From NCBI GenBank assembly GCA_965209035.1, contig OZ242372.1, positions 1,728,001 through 1,792,000 of the forward strand: a DNA stretch of 64,000 nucleotides, given 5' to 3'. Below the pieces are notes generated by a model, which did not search any database, was not told the origin of the DNA, and was given only the letters and a program-made list of their open reading frames with translations. Made by a program: the position numbers and the translations under genes. The stretch comes from Gammaproteobacteria bacterium (GTDB taxonomy: Bacteria; Pseudomonadota; Gammaproteobacteria; CBDBNL01; JAAOII01). Shown here piece after piece: positions 1 through 9,385 of this stretch. Numbering within the stretch: the first letter of the stretch is position 1; each line of letters starts with the position of its first letter.

Positions 1-1
1 C

Positions 2-544
2 GCCCGAGTGGACCGTCTGATTGGGGCAAACCGGAGCGTTGGCGGTTTGGTGGGAGAAGCCAATGGTGTCCGCATCAAGGCTTCCTATGCGCTGGGCGGT
101 CCTGTTCGGGCAAACAGTTTCGTGGGCGGTCTTGTCGGTGCGGTCTTGAATAATGTGGACATCCATTCATCTTATGCCGCCCTCGGTCCTTTAAGCGGTC
201 AGATGGATGTCGGCGGTTTGGTGGGCACACAGACAGGCGACGCGCGCCCGGTGCAAGTTTATTCTTCTTACTGGGACCGGGAGGTGACCGGGCAAGATGT
301 CAGTGCCGGTGAGGGTGGCGAAGGCAAGACTGGAGACGAGTTAAAGAGACCGACCGAGTTCTCGGGCGGTATCTATGCCGACTGGGCGAATTTTTGGTGT
401 GACCCGACCGACGGCTTATTCACGAACACGGACGATGACACCGCCCGGACGACGGCTGCTTATCGTGCTTGGGATCTCGGCGACAGCGATGCCTATCCCA
501 CCCTGACATGTGTTCGCAACCCGGGCGAAGTTCGCTCCCCTTGA
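2..544 (+). CDS. GLUG-motif repeat surface protein, C-terminal part (5'-truncated by window edge)
   Basis: Open frame from the window start. Repeated VGGLVG...SYA units; C-terminus YWD..TGQ..IYADWANFWCDP..WDLG..YPTLTC matches the end of ORF 2930..5320. Confidence 0.8.
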   Translation, partial: ARVDRLIGANRSVGGLVGEANGVRIKASYALGGPVRANSFVGGLVGAVLNNVDIHSSYAALGPLSGQMDVGGLVGTQTGDARPVQVYSSYWDREVTGQDVSAGEGGEGKTGDELKRPTEFSGGIYADWANFWCDPTDGLFTNTDDDTARTTAAYRAWDLGDSDAYPTLTCVRNPGEVRSP

Positions 545-638
545 TATGCATTACCGGCAGCACTTGAACCGGAGTATGATCACTAATCGGTAAATTTTCA
601 AAGTTTCCGCCGTTACAGCTCTGTGATAAAATGACTTT

Positions 639-1274
639 ATGAATAAAGGGAACAAAGAGAACAAAGGGAACAAAAAAGAAACCATTCCCCCGGGACACAT
701 TACTGTGACCGATGCGGCGCGGGACTACTTGGCAGACCTCTTGTCAAAGAAAGAAGAAAAGACAGGTGTGCGTGTGTTCATCACTCAGGCCGGGACGCCG
801 CATGCGGAAACTTGCCTGGCTTATTGCCCGGCGGGCGACGAGGAGGAGGACGATGTGCTGCTTGAAGAGATCCCGTTTGACTTTTTCATAGAAAAGACAA
901 GTATTGACTACTTGCATGAAGCATTCATAGATTTCAACAAAGACGAGTTTGGCGGTCAGTTAACAATCCGCGCGCCCAATTCCAAAATGATGCATATTGA
1001 CGAAAACAGCCCGATGGGCGACAGGGTCAACTATGTTCTTTATACGGAAATCAATCCGGCACTGGCATCTCACGGCGGCATGGTCAGTTTGGCGGCAATG
1101 GAGGAAAAGGAAACGATAGCGGTTCTTCGGTTTGGCGGCGGCTGCCAGGGGTGCGGGATGATCGATGTCACTCTGAAGCAAGGAGTGGAAAAGACACTGC
1201 TTGAGAAGGTGCAAGGGCTGCGCGGTATCCGCGATGCGACGGACCACAGCGATCGCACCAACGCGTATTATTAA
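639..1274 (+). CDS. nfuA: Fe-S biogenesis protein NfuA
   Basis: A-type carrier-like N-domain (ITVTDAARDYL...PHAETCLAYC) plus NifU-like domain INPALASHGG...FGGGCQGC, ending AYY. Low-complexity NKG/NKE N-terminal extension. Confidence 0.95.
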   Translation: MNKGNKENKGNKKETIPPGHITVTDAARDYLADLLSKKEEKTGVRVFITQAGTPHAETCLAYCPAGDEEEDDVLLEEIPFDFFIEKTSIDYLHEAFIDFNKDEFGGQLTIRAPNSKMMHIDENSPMGDRVNYVLYTEINPALASHGGMVSLAAMEEKETIAVLRFGGGCQGCGMIDVTLKQGVEKTLLEKVQGLRGIRDATDHSDRTNAYY

Positions 1275-1359
1275 AAATCACGGGTAACCATTCCGACCCT
1301 GTCGGAAAACCAATGACCATTCGTTTCGCTTCGGGTTTGACGGGTTGGACGGATTTGAG

Positions 1360-2730
1360 ATGAAAACTCGTTTCGCGCCCAGCCCGAGCGGTTTGATGCA
1401 TCCGGGTAATGTTCGCACCGCGTTGTTTAATTACCTGTTTGCCCGCCATAAACAGGGTCAGTTTCTTTTGCGCATTGAGGACACAGATGCGGCGGCTTCC
1501 ACGGAAGAGCATATTCAAAACATTGTCGACGATTTGCGGGAACTCGGTATAAATTGGGAACGAACCGCAGGCGGCGAAAAATACGACCGGCAGTCCCGAC
1601 GCGGCGCAATTTATGCCGCCCATTACAACAAACTTTTGGAACAAGACAAAGCATATCATTGTTTTTGTTCCGAAGACAGTTTGCGATTGTTGCGTAAAAG
1701 CCAACTGGCAGCCGGCGAGCCGCCGCGCTATAACGGTGTTTGTCGCGCGCTAACTAAGGGCGAAGTTGCCCGCAGACGCAACGCGGGCGAGTCGGCGGCC
1801 CTGCGATTGCGGCTGCCGGCATCGGCAAAAACGGAGTTCACGGATATCGTGCGCGGTCCGCAGACTTTCTCAACCGAGCATCTGGGGGACTTTATTATTC
1901 GGCGAAGCGACGGCAGTCCTTCTTTTATGTTCGCCAATGCGGTTGACGACGCCATGACCGGCATCACTTTGGTGATTCGCGGCGAGGATCATCTGACCAA
2001 TACTCCGCGTCAAATTCTTGTGCTGAAATCACTCGGCATGTCCGCCCCGGATTATGCTCATATTTCGTTAATACTGGGCGACGACGGTGCTCCGCTTTCA
2101 AAGCGAAACGGCAGCCGGGCAATTCGCGAACTACTTGACGAAGGCTACTTGCCGGGTGCGTTGGTGAACTACTTGGCACGATTGGGTTGCGTTTACGCGG
2201 AACAAGAATTATTCTCATTGGAGGACCTGGCACGCCGTTTTGATCCTCAAAAACTGACTCGCTCGGCGGCACGATTTGATATGCATCAGTTGGCGCACTG
2301 GCAAAGACGGGCATTGGCAGCGATGCACCCCGCGGAGCTGTATGCGTGGATGCAAGTCGATCGACTCGCCAAGATCCCAGCTGGCAAGGAAACAGAGTTT
2401 GCCCGTATCATCAGCCCCAACATCTTGTTGCCGGCCGAAGCAAAAGACTGGGCGGAATCTCTTTACGGGGCATGTACACCGGTTTCCGCCGCGGCGGATC
2501 GCGAGTTTTGGTCTTTGGCATGCCGGGTCTTTGACGAAGAACAAGACTGGCGTAAAACGACGCAGATTCTGGCAAAGGTTTCCGGTAAGCGCGGCAAGTC
2601 TCTTTTTATCCCGTTGCGGTTGGCGTTGAGCGGCAAAGAAAACGGCCCCGCTTTGGAAGACCTGGCGGAACTGCTCGGTGCCGAACTTGTAACGAAAAAA
2701 TTGGAATACCAGGTCCGCGCGGCGACATAA
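1360..2730 (+). CDS. gltX: Glutamate--tRNA ligase
   Basis: MKTRFAPSPSG.MHPGN, LRIEDTD, CFC Zn motif, IRGEDHLTNT, PLSKR, anticodon domain PLRLALSG. ATG at 1360 preferred over the TTG at 1345. Confidence 0.93.
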   Translation: MKTRFAPSPSGLMHPGNVRTALFNYLFARHKQGQFLLRIEDTDAAASTEEHIQNIVDDLRELGINWERTAGGEKYDRQSRRGAIYAAHYNKLLEQDKAYHCFCSEDSLRLLRKSQLAAGEPPRYNGVCRALTKGEVARRRNAGESAALRLRLPASAKTEFTDIVRGPQTFSTEHLGDFIIRRSDGSPSFMFANAVDDAMTGITLVIRGEDHLTNTPRQILVLKSLGMSAPDYAHISLILGDDGAPLSKRNGSRAIRELLDEGYLPGALVNYLARLGCVYAEQELFSLEDLARRFDPQKLTRSAARFDMHQLAHWQRRALAAMHPAELYAWMQVDRLAKIPAGKETEFARIISPNILLPAEAKDWAESLYGACTPVSAAADREFWSLACRVFDEEQDWRKTTQILAKVSGKRGKSLFIPLRLALSGKENGPALEDLAELLGAELVTKKLEYQVRAAT

Positions 2731-2769
2731 TGGGTAACCTAAAAATAGCACAGAGTGCCGGTTTTTCCG

Positions 2770-2847
2770 ACATTATGCTCACAAACAACTCTCGCCAATC
2801 CAGTTTTTGCAAAAACAAAAAAAGTCCGGAAATGGGTGGGATCATAC
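2770..2847. repeat. 78-bp dispersed repeat, copy 1 (MITE/REP-like)
   Basis: Ungapped match to 16088..16165 (56/78 identical by hand alignment). Confidence 0.7.
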
Positions 2848-2929
2848 ACATACACTAATTACTTGAGTTCACATGTTATAATAATCGTATAAAACTTTTT
2901 TATTAATTTCTACAATTCTTAAATAAAAC

Positions 2930-5320
2930 ATGCTTAGTAAATTTAACTTTTTATCGGTTCGGTCGGCAAAAACAACAGCCGACCGCCCGGCATACCCGGC
3001 ATTCACCCGGGGCCTTAATACTACTTTTAATACCGAGATGTCGTTTGGCGGGCGGGTTCTATTGCCGCTAATGGCCGCTCTTAAATATAATGTTTTGCGG
3101 CGGACGCCGCGACAATCTCGTTCATACATACATACCGTTCTGCTGACGGGCATGCTGGGCTTTGCTTTGCTTCTTGCCGGCTGTGCCGGCGGTGGCGGCG
3201 GTGGCGGTACTCCTCCTGTCACCATTCCTCCCGATCCTGCGGCTGTTTCCAAGGTCCGAACCACGGTCAGTGGGAATAATATTACCGTGCGTTGGACCAA
3301 TCCGGATCAGGCGAATATCACCGGGTTCAATATTACTTGGATCAATGTTGGCGATGATGCCGATGGCGGCGAAATAGCACTTAATGCTTCTCAAACGAAT
3401 GTTGCGGCGGGTGCTGATAATACACACAAGATTACGAATCTGGACTATGCTGCCACCTATCGCATCACAGTGACGGTGCTTTATGCGGATCAAGATCCCG
3501 TGGCTTCGGATCCGACTTCCGTTCCTCCAGCCATGACCGGGATGGATCCGGATAACCCCGTTGTTCCTCTCGATCCTGCGGCTGTTTCCAATATCAACGC
3601 CATGGCCAGCGGGAATAACATTACCGTGAGTTGGACCAATCCGGACCGGGAGAGTATCACCGGGTTCAATATTGCTTGGGTCAATGTTGGCGATGATACC
3701 GATAGCGGTACAAGAGAACTTGATTCTGCCGATTTGCTTGCGTCCGGTGCCCAGTCAATGTACACCATTACGGGTCTAACTTATCGTGCCACCTACAAAA
3801 TCACAGTGACGGTGCTTTATGCGGATCAAGATCCCGCGGCTTCGGCTCCGATTCAAACACAAGAAATGACTGAACCGGACCCGAATGATCTTGATGGTGA
3901 TGGTGTGGTGAATGCGGAAGATTTGGACTATGACGGTGACGGCTTAATAGAGATTCACAATTTGGATCAATTAGCCCTACTGCGCGGCGATCTGAATGGC
4001 GATGGGGATGATGATGATGAGAATGACGATATTACCGCGGTGGGCACTGCGGGCTGTCCGAGTTCCGGCTGTATCGGTTACGAACTGACCCGCTCGCTCA
4101 ATTTCAGCGATGCGGTTTCCTATGCCGACGGCATGGTCAATGCTGCCTGGACGAGTGACAGCGGCTGGCAGCCGATTGGCTCCTGTTCCGCATTGGATGC
4201 TTGCACTCCTTATACCGGAATTTTTGACGGCAGGGGTTATCGCATTGCCGACCTGTTCATTTCTGTGAATGATACCGTCAATGGAGTGGGCTTATTTGGC
4301 GCGTTCAATGGTCGTCTTCAAAATTTGCATCTCTTAAATGTGCGTGTCAGTGGGGGTGCCAATCATGTGGGCGGACTGGTAGGCTATGGTGCGAATGCCC
4401 GTTATGAGAGTCTGTCGGTTACGGCTGGCAGTGTGATGAGTTCGTTATCCCGGCAAGAGGTAGGTCTGGGCGGACTGATTGGGAATGGTCAGAGTTCGGT
4501 TATTCTCTATGCGAATGTATCCGGTGTCACTGTTTCCGGGGCCAATTCGGTTGGCGGCCTGGTTGGGCAGGGGGAGGATGCTGATATTCGCTCTGTTTAT
4601 GTGTCCGACGGAAGTGTTACCGGATCTGGAGCCAATTCCGGATCCTTTGTTGGCGGGCTGGCTGGGGTTGGAGATAATGCTGATATTCGCTATGCCGGTG
4701 TATCCGGCGTAGATATATCCGGGTTGACCAGTGTTGGCGGGCTGGCTGGGACTGGGAATAATGCTGATATTCGCTATGCCGGTGTATTCGGCGGAGATGT
4801 ATCCGGTTTTTTTGGTAGTGTTGGTGGGCTGGTTGGGTTTGGGAATAATATTTCTATTCACTCTGTTTATGCGTCCGACGGAGAGGTTACCGGCGGGGGA
4901 AGTGGTATTGGCGGACTGATAGGGCTCGGGGAGCCCATTCAACTTGATTTTTCTTATGCCGCCACCGGCCCGGTTTCAGCTACATCCAATATTCCGGAAG
5001 TTAGCGGCCTGATTGGCACTCCCTCCCTAGGCATCGTTAATGATTCCTATTGGGATAGGAACACCACCGGGCAGTCTGCGAGTTCCGGTGGTGGCACCCG
5101 GGCGACCACCGCCCAACTGCAAAACCCGATCACTTTTTCCGGCAGCATTTATGCCAACTGGGGCAACTTCTGGTGTGATCCCAATACGGGTGCTGAGAGG
5201 ACAAGCACCACACCTTTGTCCGCCCCTTATGTCCGTGTCTGGGATCTGGGCACCGCCAACCAATACCCCGTCCTGAACTGCCTGCCTGTTAGCGCAGAAG
5301 AGCAGCAGCAACGGCAATAG
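2930..5320 (+). CDS. Putative surface lipoprotein: 2x FN3-like domains, DxDxDG Ca-binding motifs, GLUG repeats
   Basis: Lipobox LAGC (Cys codon 3182) followed by poly-Gly; two NITV.WTNPD...YxITVTVLY domains; DLDGDG/DYDGDG/DLNGDG; many VGGL(V/A/I)G repeats; WDLG...YPVLNC C-terminus. True start codon uncertain. Confidence 0.8.
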   Translation: MLSKFNFLSVRSAKTTADRPAYPAFTRGLNTTFNTEMSFGGRVLLPLMAALKYNVLRRTPRQSRSYIHTVLLTGMLGFALLLAGCAGGGGGGGTPPVTIPPDPAAVSKVRTTVSGNNITVRWTNPDQANITGFNITWINVGDDADGGEIALNASQTNVAAGADNTHKITNLDYAATYRITVTVLYADQDPVASDPTSVPPAMTGMDPDNPVVPLDPAAVSNINAMASGNNITVSWTNPDRESITGFNIAWVNVGDDTDSGTRELDSADLLASGAQSMYTITGLTYRATYKITVTVLYADQDPAASAPIQTQEMTEPDPNDLDGDGVVNAEDLDYDGDGLIEIHNLDQLALLRGDLNGDGDDDDENDDITAVGTAGCPSSGCIGYELTRSLNFSDAVSYADGMVNAAWTSDSGWQPIGSCSALDACTPYTGIFDGRGYRIADLFISVNDTVNGVGLFGAFNGRLQNLHLLNVRVSGGANHVGGLVGYGANARYESLSVTAGSVMSSLSRQEVGLGGLIGNGQSSVILYANVSGVTVSGANSVGGLVGQGEDADIRSVYVSDGSVTGSGANSGSFVGGLAGVGDNADIRYAGVSGVDISGLTSVGGLAGTGNNADIRYAGVFGGDVSGFFGSVGGLVGFGNNISIHSVYASDGEVTGGGSGIGGLIGLGEPIQLDFSYAATGPVSATSNIPEVSGLIGTPSLGIVNDSYWDRNTTGQSASSGGGTRATTAQLQNPITFSGSIYANWGNFWCDPNTGAERTSTTPLSAPYVRVWDLGTANQYPVLNCLPVSAEEQQQRQ
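3232..3846 (+). repeat. Intragenic direct repeat (~336-339 bp unit) encoding the two FN3-like domains
   Basis: cgatcctgcggctgtttcca at ~3232 and ~3571; atcacagtgacggtgctttatgcggatcaagatcccg at ~3464 and ~3800. Confidence 0.85.
4649..4807 (+). repeat. 84-bp tandem GLUG-coding repeat
   Basis: gttggcgggctggctggg...ataatgctgatattcgctatgccggtgta at 4649 and 4733. Confidence 0.85.
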
Positions 5321-5354
5321 GCAAAGCGAGCAAGCGGAATTTAAAGCAGACCGA

Positions 5355-5389
5355 GATCTTGTTTGGCTGCCTCGGCGGCCAAACAGATC
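5355..5389 (+). terminator. Hairpin downstream of the GLUG lipoprotein gene
   Basis: gatcttgtttggctgcc-tc-ggcggccaaacagatc inverted repeat; only a weak U tail. Confidence 0.4.
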
Positions 5390-5701
5390 GCTTTGGCGGC
5401 GATGCAGCATCTGTGAAACAGAGACGAGTGCGCGGCCAAGAGTGCATTTTAACAGCCCCAATTTTTCTACAACTTAAACTTCGCAATCGGGCGGGGGTGG
5501 GACGGCAAGTCAAGATCGCCGGGCGACACAATAGGCAAAGATAACCCGGGCAACCCACAGATCGCGTAAAATGCCGGTTTTTTCTGCAGTTTTAGAAGTT
5601 TCCGCAGTTTCAGAAATGATGTTTTGCGTCTTGTGATCTGTGTCCCATAAACTATAATGAATATTCGGGTACATTTATGATGTAACGAATGATATAACGA
5701 T

Positions 5702-7381
5702 ATGAATAGAATACAAAAACATCCTTACGTACTCACTTGTGCGGCCTTGGCGGCGTTAATCGTCGGTTTGGTTTCGCTGCCGGATGCTCGCAGTGTAACC
5801 CGGCCGATTAATTCGGCGAGTTCCGCTGTCTTGCCTGCGGATGCGCCACCGACCTCGGAGACCTTTCGCGCCCGTGCGCCCACCGAATTATCTTATCGTC
5901 CGGCGGAGCGGGTCTCGGACGAAGATCTGTGGAAACTCATTTCCCGGGATCATTCTTTTGCCGCCCGGTATTATGAAACCCCCCGTGTTCTGGCGGAAGA
6001 AAAGAAACTGCTAGCCAATCCGGGATATCTGCATTCTATTAATACGCGTGCCGAATTATTTTTGTTTTACATTTATCATGAATTAAAAAAACGGGACATG
6101 CCTGCGGAGTTTGCTCTGCTGCCGGCATTGGAGAGCGGTTATGATCCCTATGCATATTCGCCTGTCGGCGCGGTCGGGCTGTGGCAGTTCACATCCGCGA
6201 CGGGACGATCTTTCGGTCTTAATAATACTTGGTGGTATTCGGAGCGCCGTGCCATAGATGTATCCACCAAAGCCTCTTTGAATTATTTGCGTTATCTGCA
6301 CGACAGGTATCGGAGTTGGCCTTTGGTCCTGGCCGCCTATAACGCCGGCGAAGGACGCGTCAATAACGCAATTAAACGCAATCGGTCTCTCGGTCAGCCC
6401 GCCGATTTTTGGAGCTTGGATTTACCCAAAGAAACCGCGGCATATGTCCCGCGTTTTATTGCCCTGGTTAAAATCTTTTCCGCTTCTTCTTCTTTTTCTT
6501 CTTCTTCTTCTTCTTTCCCCAAGCCCGTTCCCAATCGTCCTTTTTGGGTAAAAGTTCATAACAAAGAGCAGATTTTTTTGCCGGAATTACCGGAGTTGAC
6601 CGGTATGGATCCGGATATGTTCTTTATGCTTAATGCCGATCAGAACCAAATGATCAGTTCTCCTCATAAGGATTACCTTCTGGTGCCGGCATCCGCCAAA
6701 GAAAAGACCCGGGCCGCACTTGCCGAACTGCACGAACGGACGCGGGCCAAGTGGGTCGGCTATCAACTGACAGAGAGCATCAATCTGCAAGAAATGGGTA
6801 ACAAACTTGATATTTCAACGGCGGAAATTCATCGTTTTAATGATGTTACGGAATTGAAAAAAGAAGGCTATCTTCCGCCCCCCCGGACCGCGGAGCAATA
6901 TGCGCGTTTGGAAGATGACCGCGCAAGGGTTCACATCTTGCCGCCGCGTTATATTTCAAAAGCCAAACATGATGTGCATCCCGCAACCCATTACCGAGTC
7001 AATAAGAGGGACCGCGTTTGGAAAATTTCCCGTGTTCACGGTGTTCCCGGTATTCCCGGTATTCACGGTATCCCAGGTGGCAATATTAATAAGCGGAACA
7101 ATATTCGCAATCCTCGCCCGGTTTACCCGGATCAGAATATTTTAATTGCCGCACCGTCAAATATCTATGAACCGGCACTCAACCTTGCGGCAGATTACGA
7201 CCGGGAAGTAATGAGACTGGTTTACTATCGGGTGCGGCTGGACGACTCTCTTTACGACATCGCCCGTAAGTTTGGGGTGGGTCTGAACGAATTAAAGCAA
7301 TGGAATCCAAACGGAGTGGGGGAAGCCGATATTTACCCCGGGCAGCACATAAAACTGTATGTGGATGTCACTGATCTTTAA
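5702..7381 (+). CDS. mltD: Lytic murein transglycosylase MltD-like (SLT + LysM domains)
   Basis: LPALESGY, AVGLWQF, LAAYNAGEGRV, LPKETAAYVPRF; C-terminal LysM YRVRLDDSLYDIARKFGV..LKQWN. Confidence 0.88.
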   Translation: MNRIQKHPYVLTCAALAALIVGLVSLPDARSVTRPINSASSAVLPADAPPTSETFRARAPTELSYRPAERVSDEDLWKLISRDHSFAARYYETPRVLAEEKKLLANPGYLHSINTRAELFLFYIYHELKKRDMPAEFALLPALESGYDPYAYSPVGAVGLWQFTSATGRSFGLNNTWWYSERRAIDVSTKASLNYLRYLHDRYRSWPLVLAAYNAGEGRVNNAIKRNRSLGQPADFWSLDLPKETAAYVPRFIALVKIFSASSSFSSSSSSFPKPVPNRPFWVKVHNKEQIFLPELPELTGMDPDMFFMLNADQNQMISSPHKDYLLVPASAKEKTRAALAELHERTRAKWVGYQLTESINLQEMGNKLDISTAEIHRFNDVTELKKEGYLPPPRTAEQYARLEDDRARVHILPPRYISKAKHDVHPATHYRVNKRDRVWKISRVHGVPGIPGIHGIPGGNINKRNNIRNPRPVYPDQNILIAAPSNIYEPALNLAADYDREVMRLVYYRVRLDDSLYDIARKFGVGLNELKQWNPNGVGEADIYPGQHIKLYVDVTDL

Positions 7382-7451
7382 TGCTTTAATGCAATTTAAT
7401 TAACTTTTTTATTTCCCCGATATTTTTTCAATACTTTTTCAATATTTTTCT

Positions 7452-9317
7452 ATGAAACAACTTTTTCTTTACACAACTCGCCGGGTGTTCGCGCCTTTAA
7501 TCATCCTTGTTTTAACTTTACCCGCTTCTGTGACCATCGGCCTTGCCGCCGAGCAGTCCGGACAGCACGGACTTTCCATCTACGGGGCACCGCGCTACCC
7601 GCAAGATTTTAAGCATTTTGATTATGTCAATCCGAATGCTCCCAAAGGCGGTGTGATGACCCAAGGAAGTTTTGGCACCTATGACAGTTTGAATCCTTTC
7701 ATCCTCCCGGGAAACTCTGCCGCCGGTCTGGGGCTGATCTATGACACTCTGATGGAAAAAGGGCAAAACGAGGCATTCGGCGAATACGGACTCCTGGCGA
7801 AAACGATCCGAGTGTCGCCGTCGGGTGCGCGCAACCCGATCGTCACTTTTAACTTGCAAGAAAATGCCAAGTTCAGTGACGGTAAGCCGGTAACCGCCGA
7901 AGATGTGGTTTTTACTTTTAACCTACTCATTAAGGATGGTTCGCCTCTTTATCGTTCTTACTATGCGGATGTGAAGTCGGTGCGTGCTGTCGGCAAAGAT
8001 CGAGTGGTGTTTTATCTTGCCAACGGCGAGAACAAGGAGTTGCCGCTCATACTCGGGCAGTTGATGGTCTTGCCAAAACACTACTGGAAGGGCAAGGATT
8101 TTACCAAAGTCAGTTTGGACATCCCGATTGGTTCGGGCCCCTACCGGCTTGCCGAACGCAATCCGGGAAGGAGCCTCACTTACAAACGCAACCCGGACTA
8201 TTGGGGGAAAGACCTGCCGGTTAACAAAGGAAGACATAATTTTGATGAGATGCGCTATGTTTACTACCGCGATCTGTCAATCGTTCACGAAGCCTTCAAG
8301 GCCGGCAAGATAGATGTCAAAGTGGAAAACCAAGCCAATCGTTGGAAAACCGGGTACAACTTTCCGGCGGTTAAGAACGGCAAGGTCATCGCAAAAGAAT
8401 TTCCGCATCAACGCAATCAGGGAATGCAAGCCTTTGTGTTTAACACCAGGCAACCGATGTTCGCCTCGCCGCGCGTGCGCGAGGCCCTCAATTATGCTTT
8501 TAATTTTGAATGGACAAACAAAAATCTGTTTCATAGCAGTTACACCAGATCCGACAGTTTCTTTTCCAACAGCGAGTTGGCGGCACGCGGCCTGCCGACC
8601 GGGGACGAGCTGAGTATCTTGAATGCCTATCGCGATCAGTTACCGTCCCGGTTGTTTACGCAGCCGCCGCCGGCTGTCCGCAGCAACGGCAAGGGTATTT
8701 CCCGTTCCAATCTGCGGACCGCCTTGAAAATTCTTGCCGAAGCCGGTTGGCAATTAAAGGATGGCAAACTGATAAAAGCAGGCAAACAGATGAAAATTGA
8801 AATCCTTTTGGTGCAGAAGGGTTTTGAACGCATTGTCAATCCCTTCGTTCAAAATCTTGAACGACTCGGCATAGATGCCAGAATGCGCCTTGTGGATACG
8901 AGTCAATACATCAAGCGACTGCAAGAATTTGACTTTGATATGGTGGTCTTTACATTCGCTCAATCCGAATCACCGGGAAACGAGCAGCGCGACTTTTGGA
9001 GCAGTGCGTCCGCAGTGCGCCCGGGTAGCAGAAACCTTGCCGGCATCAAGGATCCGGTAGCGGATGAATTGGTTGAAAAGTTAATTCTGGCACAGACAAG
9101 AAAAGACCTTGTCAGTTGGACACGCGCCCTGGACAGGGTTCTTTTATGGGGTTTTTATGTGATCCCACAATGGCACATATCCGCGGACAGAGTTGCTTAT
9201 TGGGACAAGTTTGGAACTCCCGCCAAGATTCCCCTGAGCGGTGTTCAGACAGATACCTGGTGGGTGAAAGAGGCGGATAAAGAAACCGGCAAGAAGAACA
9301 AGCCAAAAAACAAGTAA
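7452..9317 (+). CDS. yejA: ABC transporter peptide-binding protein YejA family
   Basis: Signal peptide; HFDYVNPNAPKGG, YDSLNPFI, PGNEQRDFWSS..A, RALDRVLLWGFYVIPQW. Confidence 0.9.
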   Translation: MKQLFLYTTRRVFAPLIILVLTLPASVTIGLAAEQSGQHGLSIYGAPRYPQDFKHFDYVNPNAPKGGVMTQGSFGTYDSLNPFILPGNSAAGLGLIYDTLMEKGQNEAFGEYGLLAKTIRVSPSGARNPIVTFNLQENAKFSDGKPVTAEDVVFTFNLLIKDGSPLYRSYYADVKSVRAVGKDRVVFYLANGENKELPLILGQLMVLPKHYWKGKDFTKVSLDIPIGSGPYRLAERNPGRSLTYKRNPDYWGKDLPVNKGRHNFDEMRYVYYRDLSIVHEAFKAGKIDVKVENQANRWKTGYNFPAVKNGKVIAKEFPHQRNQGMQAFVFNTRQPMFASPRVREALNYAFNFEWTNKNLFHSSYTRSDSFFSNSELAARGLPTGDELSILNAYRDQLPSRLFTQPPPAVRSNGKGISRSNLRTALKILAEAGWQLKDGKLIKAGKQMKIEILLVQKGFERIVNPFVQNLERLGIDARMRLVDTSQYIKRLQEFDFDMVVFTFAQSESPGNEQRDFWSSASAVRPGSRNLAGIKDPVADELVEKLILAQTRKDLVSWTRALDRVLLWGFYVIPQWHISADRVAYWDKFGTPAKIPLSGVQTDTWWVKEADKETGKKNKPKNK

Positions 9318-9385
9318 GAACAAATAAGAATAATGACAAAAAATAAAGATACCCGTATCAATCAATAATCACCGGGTAAACTAAG

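Noticed and set aside
2770-2847. Integron attC site
   Set aside because: No RYYYAAC...GTTRRRY core sites and no integrase in the window.
260-5320. Diversity-generating retroelement TR/VR pair between GLUG C-termini
   Set aside because: Differences are not confined to adenines, both copies are coding, and no reverse transcriptase is present.
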